Source: Podospora anserina (taxonomy: Eukaryota). Taken from it: DNA of 64,000 nt. The stretch is from positions 3,782,001 to 3,846,000 of the forward strand of contig CM030338.1 in NCBI GenBank assembly GCA_017654855.1. The letters are read 5' to 3'. Each line of letters opens with the position of its first letter. Within the stretch, counting starts at the first letter, position 1. The notes beneath the pieces are model-generated. The model worked only from the letters and a program-made list of their open reading frames with translations, made no database searches and was not told the DNA's origin. This document shows, piece after piece, positions 25,286 through 35,570 of the stretch. The position numbers and the translations under genes were made by a program.

Positions 25286-25801
25286 CTATTCGCCCTTGAA
25301 CGCCTTTTCCAGTCCCTCAATATCGAGCTTCTTCATCCCCATCATAGCCACTGATGCTCGTCCAGCTGCCGCCACATCCTCGCTGACTAGCATCTCCTTG
25401 AGCCTCTTGGGCACAACCTGCCACGACACGCCAAACTTGTCAGCCAGCCACCCGCACTCTTGCTTTGTGACATCTCCCCCCTCGCTCAACTTCCCCCAGT
25501 AATAGTCGACTTCTTTCTGATCGGCACAGTCAATCATGAAGGACACGGCGTGATTGAAGGTGACGTGAGGCCCGCCATTCAGACCTGAGAAGCGGTGACC
25601 GTCAAGGTCAAACTCGACAAAGAGGATGGAACCGGGTTCCTGTCCATGAACTTCCTGGCCGGCCTCTGAATAGCGCTGGCTGCGCAGGATCTTGGAGTTG
25701 GGAAACACGGACGTGTAGAATTTGGCTGCTTCTTCAGCTTGAGTGTCGAACCAGAGGACAGTGGTGAGGGTGAGGTTGCCGGCGTGAGTGGTAAGCGACA
25801 T
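25286..25801 (-). CDS. PhnB-like VOC protein (3-demethylubiquinone-9 3-methyltransferase family)
   Basis: LWFDTQAEEAAKFYTSVF, LNGGP, QKEVDYYWGKL, CGWLADKFGVSWQVVP, MKKLDI; intronless. Confidence 0.9.
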   Translation of the reverse strand: MSLTTHAGNLTLTTVLWFDTQAEEAAKFYTSVFPNSKILRSQRYSEAGQEVHGQEPGSILFVEFDLDGHRFSGLNGGPHVTFNHAVSFMIDCADQKEVDYYWGKLSEGGDVTKQECGWLADKFGVSWQVVPKRLKEMLVSEDVAAAGRASVAMMGMKKLDIEGLEKAFKGE

Positions 25802-26562
25802 TCTGCAGACAAGTAACGAGGTATGGAAGAGATGGAGAGGCTTGTTGAACGGCTCGAGCCTAGAGGTCCGGGTAGGCGGCCAAGAAGGAAGGAGAGACCA
25901 TCCTCGGGCAAACAACAGGTCGGGCAAGATGGCACATATTAAGCATCATGGACAAAGAAGCCGGAGCGACTTCCTCCCGTCTTGTGGCTTGCGATTACCC
26001 CTCCAAGTCCTCAGGCAGCAACGCCAACCAGGGCATGGTGGCGCCTCCAATGACGCGCTCCCGACAAGCAACTCGTGAAACAGATCCATCTGGACGTGAC
26101 GCGTAGTCACCTGATGTCGTCACCCATCACAGTTTTGTGCGGTTCGCGGGGGTCGGCATTTGTAGGGTTAGGGTCCTGGTAGACATCCCTGAGGCAGACA
26201 TGATGACAACACCATTTCTTAAAGACGGGCAGGTTCAAAATGTCGACATATTAAGTAAGGGGTTACTTGCCTTAAGTTCCTTCTTTCATCTCTCAGGTCT
26301 TTTCTTTCTCGGTGTCCGCCGACTATTATTACCAGCCGCGTTGGGTGACATCTCAAATCCTACAAACCAACCATCCGCCCTATTAAACAAGCGATGATAC
26401 CCTGCTATATAGATACCGAGTTCGTATTCTGTAGCTTCGCCACACCTCGTCGCATGAGAGTACAACTCAACTTAATGCCAATTGCTCGCCCAGACAGTTG
26501 CAGTCCATATCCATTCCATCAATGTCACTTTACAACAAACTTCATCACATACACGCGCCGCC

Positions 26563-27362
26563 ATGACAGAGCCATCACCAGCAACGGTCGAGACACCCCC
26601 CGAAACAGCACCATCGGCGGCGGTCGCGAAAACAGACGTTTTCACCGAACCGCGCACCTCTGCACAGATCAGAAAAGAAAACAGAGCCACAAATCCGGAT
26701 CGCGCTCCCTATCACCGCATCTGGAGTCTCTTCTCCCGAGGAATATTGTTGGTCCTCGAGCTCGCAGCCATAGGGTACACCGCCTACGCACATGAGCTTG
26801 TCAATCGACCCGACTCACCTTTCGAGGGCGGTGTGAAGGACTTTGGTACAAGTTTTGCAGCTGTAGGTGGCGACCTTAAGGAGATGATAAGGTCTCAGTG
26901 CTAACGCGTCAGGCAAACAAGTTTGCAGTGGGTGTCGCCGTCAACCTCTCATGTGTCATTGCTTGTTTCATCGATAGATATGACGCCAGCGGGGCTGGGA
27001 TTGCTGGCTTTTTGGACTTGATACCCGGTATTCTTGGTATTGTTGCCTTCTTCAGTGTCGCATTAGCAGGATATGGTTACGGAGGAAGTGATTATTACGA
27101 CAGAGTGGGCTACCAGGCGGAGAGAACGGCTGTTGCGCAGCTGTCTCTGGCTGTTGGGTATGATTCCTTGTCGATTCTTTTTGATGCAATCACTGACAAG
27201 CAATATAGCATTCTGCACATTCTGTCTTGCTTTGGGGCCTGTGTTAAGTGCTGCATTGTTTGTACTCGGTTAAAAAGCACAACAGTAAAGTCTCGCCCTC
27301 AAGGTGACAAGGAAGTTTCATCAAAGGGAGGGGAGCCCAAGATTGCAGCTGCTGGTGTTTGA
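26563..27362 (+). CDS. Four-TM membrane protein of unknown function, 2 introns
   Basis: Hydrophobic segments across ORFs 26482-26904 and 26898-27362 with canonical intron signals. Confidence 0.6.
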
Positions 27363-27524
27363 TCATGAGCCAGATGATGCTCTTGACAAGCAGTTATACA
27401 TGATATAAGCACAAATATAGCACAAAGTTTGGATATAAGGGGAGGTTCAACATTTCTTGATTTACATAATACTTTTTGACTTACCTAGGTACCTACATAC
27501 CATCTCAACACAGATGTGTGCCCA

Positions 27525-28004
27525 CTACCTCAAGCTTTCCATGGCTTTAAGCAGCGCCGCCCTGAGCGGCTCCAGTCTATTACCCTCCACCCAGGAATCG
27601 CTGCCTCTCCAGATACTCTGCAACTTACATAGGATGACATGCGCCTCTTTCAAGATGAACTCATCATTCAAGAGCTCTTGGGGGCTCTGGAAAGCACAAG
27701 TCCCAGCAGCATGTTGCACAACTCTAATCACGAAGATGGCAGCGTAATCTGCTGGATTTAGGGGCCGGCCCAAGTCGGTCCAAGAGAAACCCACACCTCC
27801 ATTGCTAAGCGCCAGGTTAATCCTAAGCTGAATGTCAGGGAAATGCGGGTCAAGTAGGTTGGGGGCTTGGTGAGCGAGAAGCTCGGAGGCGTAGTCAGCA
27901 AAGCAGGAGACGGCAAGGGCTGCTGCGGCTGGATTGGAGATGTTGAGCTCGCTCATCAAGAGCTGCCAGTAAGCCGGGACTTTGGTGTTAGGGTAAGGAG
28001 ACAT
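27525..28004 (-). CDS. Hypothetical protein (159 aa)
   Basis: ATG-initiated intronless ORF with protein-like composition; family not recognised. Confidence 0.5.
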   Translation of the reverse strand: MSPYPNTKVPAYWQLLMSELNISNPAAAALAVSCFADYASELLAHQAPNLLDPHFPDIQLRINLALSNGGVGFSWTDLGRPLNPADYAAIFVIRVVQHAAGTCAFQSPQELLNDEFILKEAHVILCKLQSIWRGSDSWVEGNRLEPLRAALLKAMESLR

Positions 28005-28399
28005 CTTTGGTGAGCTTTTTGTTGAAGGTTTCCTGTATAGGTATATCTAGTGTTAGAGTGGAAAGATGATGAGGCAGATGTTCACGCTGATACAATTCAG
28101 AGCTAAGGCGCGGTTTTAATAGCTCCAAGGGCGCGATGCCTTGTTGTAGGACAATGCCATTGTATTTCTAGATTGATTTCGAACAGAACAGACCAGTTTG
28201 GGTGTCTTTGTTCCTTCCCTTTCGACACTGTTCAAACAATGTTCGACATGGTCAACAAAGAAACACCAGATAGAAGGTTGAACTGGGATTCTCCTCAAAC
28301 TCTCGGTTTTCAACGTCAAGATTCTCTCACGCTGTGGACAGAATGATGGGGATTTCTCCGTAGGGTGAAATCAAGGCAGGAAAAGATAACAGACCCGTC

Positions 28400-28520
28400 C
28401 TCGACTATCATTGATACCTCTTTAAGTACTTTTAAAGACCTTTTGACTTTCTTTATCGATGTATCGAGTATCTTCTAATGCGTATCAACTATCTTTCAAG
28501 GCTTACTGGTGATCTTCAAT
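28400..28520. repeat. Degenerate 21-bp repeat array
   Basis: gactatcattgatacctc..gtatcaactatctttcaaggctt units. Confidence 0.55.
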
Positions 28521-28629
28521 GGCCCTCATCTCAAAGTGATAGTGTCTATTATGTCACCGTGACGTGTCTGTCTAGTAGGTTCTCAGGTTGAGAAAGTACC
28601 AGATCCCTCTCCCATTCGTTTCGTCTAGC

Positions 28630-29442
28630 CTATTCGGCCTTCTGAACAACAAACTTGGTGCAGTCATCCTGCGATCCCCGCTGCGCAATAGGCATGACCA
28701 CTGGCTGATGGTTCCTAGCAGATATGATGGTGCATACGCGGTACACGCCCTCCAGCAAACCACCCGTTACCTCAGCCTGCAAACCGCCCTTCCCATTGCC
28801 TTCATCATCCACACCCTTAAAGTAGGCAAATTTAGTCGGGTCGGGAGGGTTGACAGAACGGAGACTTCCAATGTTCTGAATGGTGATGTGACAGTGCCCA
28901 ATGATATCGCCGTTCTCATCGAGGTCTTGAGGGGCAGTGTAATATGCAACGCTGGGATTCACGAGAAATCCAACCCTCAAATGGCGGGTTTGGATCGTTA
29001 CATTGAACGTCTTTTGCGCAGGGATAATGTCACCCGGTTGCGGATGGGTGATGATGGACGTGATCATGTTGGACGAGGCCGGTATCTTCCCCATGGGTAT
29101 GCCATTGCAGGATCCAGCCGAATTCTGACGGCCATTGGTGAGAGTTTGACCAACGCAGAAGTTGATAAAGTTGCTCGGATTTCTGCAGGGATCCGTTAGC
29201 CTTGCATCAAGAGTAAACATCGGACCGGGAGTGTCGTCTTACGTGTCCGATTTTGACAAGCCTGGTCGAATTCCCGTTGTTCCTTCCTCCAGTCCGGTAT
29301 ACAAGCTTGCGCTCTGGACGGCTTTTGGAGAGAGACATGCTGGGCCGGGCTTTGGGTCATGCTTGGTTGAGCCGACAGTAACGGCTTTGACACTGCCAAA
29401 AAGTGCGAATGCCCCTATGGCGAGTGTATGAGGTTTGACCAT
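28630..29442 (-). CDS. Secreted conserved fungal protein (NFINFC / SCNGIPMG motif family), 1 intron
   Basis: Signal peptide in exon 1; NFINFCVGQTLTNGRQ..SCNGIPMGKIP..YYTAPQDL..GHCHITIQ..MPIAQRGSQDDC. Confidence 0.75.
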
Positions 29443-30154
29443 TTTGGGCTCCCTGTGAACTGACCTGGACAGTGTCAGATAGAACGGTTGTCGACACGGA
29501 GATCAAGGTCAACATCAAGCACAAATGCGACAGGAAAGTAGCTTCTCTTTAAGGAAGAAGAGAATGTGACTTTAGCGCTTACCTCAGAAGCATCCCATTC
29601 CAAGAACTGTTGATTGGGTGCCAAGGGAAATATAGTGTCTAAGACCGGTTAAAATCAATTTGCTGCCCTCAATGGGAAGACTGACATGCTCCGGCTTCAA
29701 GTAAATGGACGATGTCTACCAATGACAGATGATCATGCACTGAGTGAGGCGCAGGAATCAACCGATCGTTCTGACTGACATGAGCTTATTATAGTAGTGT
29801 ATGCACAAACGAGGTAGCTGGCAGGCGGAGTCCACGCCCCAAGTACCAAACCTTTACAAAGGGCAAGGAACCGTCGCACCCCTTGCCACACGTCATGGAC
29901 GAGAATGTATGCATTGCAAAACTGTCTGTACCACGCCCCCAATATAAGCCAAAGATTCTTCAAGGATAGGTACCTAGGTAAGTAGGTGGCTAACGTGGCA
30001 CAAGATACCTACCTACCTACCTAGTTAATATACCTGACCTCAAGCTATAGCAGGTAACTAGTCTATTGTCCACCTAGAGAACCTAGTGGAGGCTGATTGT
30101 ATCACCTATTCAACTACCCCATAGAATTGACTATTTTGTCCATGGCGTGTATAT

Positions 30155-31858
30155 CTACAGCGTGATTCCCTCGATCTTCCCTAGAATCCTCTCAACGAAC
30201 TTTATCCCGACCACGATCAGATCCTGTTTGTTATGTGTGACGTCCGAGCTGCCGAACTCATTATTCCCATCATCCAAACAGGTAAGACAATCCACCACGA
30301 TCTCTGTATACAACCACCCCATGCGCTGCGGGAGGGTCTGTTTTGTCAGCAAGACAAGATCCTCTTTGATCCATGACGTGGATCCTGGTAAATGGGCATG
30401 TTCAAAGTCCCGATCGCTCAGATGCTTTCTCAGCTGCAGTGAATATCCAGGAACAGGAGTTGGGATCGATGATGACGAGTTAGTGTGATTGGGGTGATGA
30501 TAGGTTGACGAGGTCGAGCTACTGGTGGACGGGTACCAGACCAAAGACCGCCATAATCCAATCTCAAGGAGGCACACACCCAGGCTATATATATCGTGCT
30601 GCATAACATATCTCTCCAAAATGCAAAGTCCCTGTCGTGCTGGATGCCGGTAAAGGTTCCGATACCAGGCTGTGTCACCGAGGCGGTTCGTCTCCATGTT
30701 GATGCTTCGAAATTGCGAGAAGCCGACAAGAAAAGCCTGGCCCAGTTCCAGAGGTCGCAGAGCAGCAAGAGCTGTTGGGAACAGCAGAATATTGTCCGGA
30801 CGAATATTCTTGTGTACCAAGTCGCAGGTGTGCACGAAGCTGACAGAACGAACAAGCTGTTTTGCCAGTGCGATGACCGAACTGAGACAAACAGGTCTTT
30901 GCTCAAGTAAGAGGCTGCGAAGGGTGGTAGGCGGCTTGAGAGGGTCTGCCTGGGCCGGGGTATGATACACAATCTGGGGACCGAGGGGAAAGGTCTTGTT
31001 GTCGTCAATGATCTCGAGGAGACCCTTGCAGCGTAGAAGGCCAAATATGCTTGGGTCAACGCTCTGGAGTCTCCTGCATAGTTGATAGGCGTCCGATGTA
31101 GTGTTTGTGTTGGTATTTGGGGCAGTACCAATGCCTTCCATGACATACAGACTTTGAGATTTCGGTCGGGCCACAACGTTGACGCTTGAAAAAGGAACGC
31201 TGGTTGCTGTGGTAAAGTCCCATCCTGTCTCATCCATGACGATGCTATTCGCACTTCTGATATCGGTGTTGATCGTGTAATCGATGGCCTTTCTTAACGC
31301 AAACATGTGATCCAGAGGGCTTGCGGGAGATTGGTTGTGTGGTAGCTGTCGGGATCTATCTTGTCCTAACTGCTGCAGTGCCGGGTCCAAGACCTTGCCG
31401 CCGATGAGCATAATCGTATACCACGATGGATCGAACAGACTTTGCCAGCACTGTAACTCCGTCATCAACGCGTCCAACCCTTTTTTGGCCACAGCATATC
31501 TCCACCTGTCAAGCTGAAGCATTCTGGTCAGCACATGTCCCTGTCCAGTACTGGTGGAGGCGACTATCGATGAAGCCGCTGCTTCGAGCTGAGATACCGC
31601 CTGTAGCAGAGTTCCGCGTAGTCTTTGGAGAAGATCAAAATGACATTGTGCAAGTTCTTCAGTCAGATGATCTTTGATCCCGCGGAGGAAAACGAGCTGT
31701 ATCTCTAGTTTCGTCCAAATCGTTTCGAGTAAAAGCACCTTATCACAGAGATCTTTCTTCGCAGTCCTGAAAGCTTGGCAGATGCGCAGGGTCTTGTTGG
31801 CAAGCTTGATGCAAATGTCGACGACGCTGACAACTGCGAGAGCGAGTTCTGCAGACAT
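30155..31858 (-). CDS. HeLo-like (HELL) N-terminal domain plus C-terminal pseudokinase (MLKL-like architecture)
   Basis: MSAELALAVVSVVDICIKLAN amphipathic N-terminal helix; RWRYAV..WQSLFDPSWY; kinase C-lobe VHKNIRPDNILL (HRD to HKN), LVGFSQFR (no DFG), YRHP, HDIYSLGVCLLEIG; intronless. Confidence 0.8.
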   Translation of the reverse strand: MSAELALAVVSVVDICIKLANKTLRICQAFRTAKKDLCDKVLLLETIWTKLEIQLVFLRGIKDHLTEELAQCHFDLLQRLRGTLLQAVSQLEAAASSIVASTSTGQGHVLTRMLQLDRWRYAVAKKGLDALMTELQCWQSLFDPSWYTIMLIGGKVLDPALQQLGQDRSRQLPHNQSPASPLDHMFALRKAIDYTINTDIRSANSIVMDETGWDFTTATSVPFSSVNVVARPKSQSLYVMEGIGTAPNTNTNTTSDAYQLCRRLQSVDPSIFGLLRCKGLLEIIDDNKTFPLGPQIVYHTPAQADPLKPPTTLRSLLLEQRPVCLSSVIALAKQLVRSVSFVHTCDLVHKNIRPDNILLFPTALAALRPLELGQAFLVGFSQFRSINMETNRLGDTAWYRNLYRHPARQGLCILERYVMQHDIYSLGVCLLEIGLWRSLVWYPSTSSSTSSTYHHPNHTNSSSSIPTPVPGYSLQLRKHLSDRDFEHAHLPGSTSWIKEDLVLLTKQTLPQRMGWLYTEIVVDCLTCLDDGNNEFGSSDVTHNKQDLIVVGIKFVERILGKIEGITL

Positions 31859-32497
31859 GGTTCTTGCAGTTCTGTGGACCAGGTGACGCGATTGTGAGGT
31901 TGTTGTAAGGTATGTTGTATCAGATGGTAAGGTGGTGATGAAAAAATGCGGTCTGTGTCGGCTGGTTTTGGCGTGGCGCAGCTCGGGGAAAGGCGTCGTA
32001 GACAATATAATAGACAATGGAGCTATCCCGAAAGATGCTAACCAGAAACACCATGGATGTCTTCAACAGCTCTTGTAATATACCTATATCAAGCACCTCT
32101 AAAGGAGCTGAAAGGGTATGTGGACTGCCCTTGCAGGCATATTACTTGCCACGGTATCTAGGTAGGTAGGTATCTTTAAAGACTTATTAACTACCTTCAA
32201 AAGTCTGTGAACTATCTTCCAAATCCTCATCCAAAGTACAGATTCCATTTTTTTTGTCCACGACGTATTCAGGGGTCGGCTGACTGCTGCCTGGCCGCCG
32301 CTTGCATGTGGCCAAGCAAGCCACAGCGCCATAGCTCGTTTCTGGACGCGCGCTGAAGACAGGGGGCGCGCTGAAAACTAAAAACGCGCTTAAATCCAAG
32401 GCATGAATATGGATGTTAAATACTGCCATCGTTCCTCACTGTCGTATCACTTAGAGCCTGACTTACCCATATATGAGGTAGTTTGGATGCTGTGACC

Positions 32498-34458
32498 ATG
32501 GCTGAAGGTATATCCGAGTTGGTTAATTCCTCTCGGCTGGTGACAGAATTTTACCTCCCGAATTTTGTTGTCCACCATCTTGAAACTGTTAATGAAATCT
32601 GGGATCTGAGAGAAGAAATTGGCTATGGAGGATCTGGCGTGGTGCGAAAAGAGGAACGTCGAGTTCACTCCAGTGGAGAGAAATATCAGGGTCCAATGGT
32701 ACGAGCCGTGAAACAGATGAGAAAGGTTCCTCAAAACCCAGACCAAGGACAGTGGAATTATAGAGCCGAGTTGGAAGCAGTGGTGAAGTTCTCACAGCCA
32801 GAGGTATGCAAGCACGTGTGGTGGAAATGTCCAATGAAAGTTAACATTCAGCAACTTGCTAGTATGACCCTTTCTTTGTGCGCACCTTTGGGTGGTTCGA
32901 AAACCAAGAATCTGTGTTTCTGGCCATGGAATATCTTCCATCGAGTGACCTAGAGAAATTCAGAAGGTCCTCGCCTCCGCTTTCCGAATTTGACACGAGC
33001 CTGATCGTGTGGCAGCTGATTCAAGGTGTGCGACACATGCACGATGCTGGGTTTGCGCATCGAGACTTGAAGCCAGGGGTAAGTGGTGATACTACGTGTT
33101 CTTCATGTCCTCGACCATGTCACATGTGTCCCAATACAGTCAGTCGTTATTGCCTGTAAATACCTAGCTCACATCGACATACCCAGAATATACTCATTGC
33201 CTCAACATCACCGATCTGGCACGTCAAAATCGCCGACTTTGGAATCAGCAAGCAAGCTATGCAGGGTGTAACACGCTTTCACACCATGCGAATCTTCGGG
33301 ACCTTGGGATATATGGCACCCGAGGTATTGGGTTACTATGCCAACAACACCGGAATCAACAATACCACGATTGCATACACTATGTCGGTCGATATTTGGG
33401 CCGTTGGTGTAATTGCAATGACCTTGCTGCTTGGGCGCGATATCTTTCCTTTGCCGGGCGATTACGCCAAATATGTCTTTGGACAACGGGCTCTTGACTT
33501 TGCCCGTGGTCAAGGTGAGGTTTTGACAGACGATTGCCAGGACTTCATCGCGGCCCTTCTTGCAGCGGATCCAATACTTCGACCGACTGCTGCTGCTGCC
33601 CTCGCCCACCCTTGGTTAATGCAGGCCACCGAAGCAACTGAACCTTCTCCAGTAAGAGAGATCCCGGACTCGGAAGCAGACTCAGACGAGGACTCCGCTC
33701 CATCTGATTCACTACAGCCTTCCACAAAGAATCCGTGGGCGACAATCGGCAGTAGAACTTGGCCGAGCAAAGGATCGAAGACATACAGCGACGCGCTCCT
33801 GACGAAGTTCAAGTACCTCTGGCTTGATATTATTCTTCTATCTCCCAAGTTCCATACTATTGAGTTCGAGAAGGTTTGTCTCTCTCCTTGTCCATTGGCC
33901 AGCCAATGGCACGATTTAACGGCGTTCTTCTTCACCTCAGACTCGGTTTTATGTTCTACGCTCCGATAACGCCACAGATATTGAGACAAGCGCTGCTCAG
34001 AGCGTGTGGACTTCTAGTCAGCGTGTCAACAAGATCCTTGACAAAGGATACCGGACATCCGAAGGCCATGTGGTTCTATTCTTCTCCGTGATTGGTAGGT
34101 AAGTAATCGTTTCACATGATTCAAATTACCTATTACTGGTGGAGGTAGGCAAGGTATCTTATAAAGACATGAAGCTGACACACACTGCACCAGTCGGCGA
34201 TTCTGTGGAGTAGCACAGATGACCAGCGCACTGGATTGGGAGAATACTGACCCCCATTGGGTTGAGGATGTCTGGCAGGGACGGTTCACCTTGGCCTGGC
34301 TCAGTCATACAGAGCTCTCATTTGACCTTGTCAACCATGTCCCGGTAAAGGAGACCACACCGGGTTTCAGAGCTATCGCTTGTTACGATGGCACTGAGAT
34401 CTCACCTGGATCCGCATATGAATTATTGAGAGTTTTTTCGGCGGCGGAAAGACGGTGA
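32498..34458 (+). CDS. Ser/Thr protein kinase fused to a C-terminal YTH domain (543 aa, 5 exons)
   Basis: Exons 32498-32803, 32863-33078, 33187-33873, 33941-34098, 34194-34458 splice in frame (1632 nt). Kinase: GYGGSGVV, RAVK, HRDLKPGN, DFG, APE. YTH: RFYVLRS..VWTSS..NKILD..LFFSVIGSRRFCGVAQM..HWVEDVWQGRF..YDGTEI. Confidence 0.85.
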
Positions 34459-34843
34459 TCGTGGACTTGAGTTTATCGGGATCCCACATCAAGGTGCCTG
34501 GGTACCTAGGTAAGATATTTGGGTGGCCTTACTCTGCGATCGGGGTCAGAGAGTTGCTAGATCCTGGTATCATTCCATTGGGTCAGATTGGTTACATTAT
34601 CTTATCAACCAGGACGAGGACTCCTACCTAAGTGCCGCCGAGAGGCCGGCCAACACAGAAGGACACAGTCACCGCGAGGGGCCTTGATGGGGTAGTAACA
34701 TTCTCAGGTACTTGTATATTCATGGCCAAAAGCACTATCCTTCTCAACCGACAAGTAGACTCTTGTCAAATTCAAGGAACTACAGCCAGACTTCATGAAA
34801 CAAACCCCGGTTTCTCTTCACCCATCTCCATTCATCCCTCGCC

Positions 34844-35570
34844 TTAAATCCACTGATAAACGCTGAGTTTGCTTGAACCACCGCAAGTCTCGGTGGGAGC
34901 ACCAGTACAGGCCAAATCACAATCCGTGTCTTCGAGTTGGACGCTCAAAGCATCTAGCTCATGGCCACAAAAGCATTCAGCCATGTATTGCAGTCCAAAG
35001 AAGACAAATCCAGAGTTGAGACAGTAATCCGCACAGCGTTCGATTGTCATGGCCGCAGGGGAGAAGCCAAAGCCTCCAGCGAGAGCCCGATCGGGGGCGG
35101 GGAGCTCACTAAAGCATCCTTGGTACACTGGGGCGGAGACCTCAGGGTGAGGATAAGGCGTATGTGGAGGGGCCTCCTCAGAACTGCCCCAGAGAGAGAT
35201 GCGGTTTGGACCTCCGCATGTCTGACCGGCGTCTCCAGTGCATTGCATGGAGCAATCTTCCGGGAAGGTAGGGAAGGAACCTGTGTCAAGAGAGTTGCCA
35301 CAGTAGCTGTGAGACTTGTTAGATACCGGATGATACGGAAACGGGGAGAGCTTCTTTGACTTACCACTCGCCTCCATATTCTAGTCCCCAGAGGGTGAAA
35401 TTACGGGTGGGATCGGTGCAGTATGTCTCGCAAGCCTCCACGGTCATCGCCTCGAAATCCGCGGTGCTCGCGCCAGTCAAAGCCCGAGTGGGAATTTCCG
35501 TATAGCAGCCGTAAGAAGTTTGCCCGACGACGGCGGGGACAAGGGCGGCAAGAGCGAGAACGGAGTACAT
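34844..35570 (-). CDS. Secreted double-WSC-domain protein, 1 intron
   Basis: Signal peptide; YGCYTE..MTVEACETYC..GLEYGGECYCGN..C...CGG repeated twice. Confidence 0.88.
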
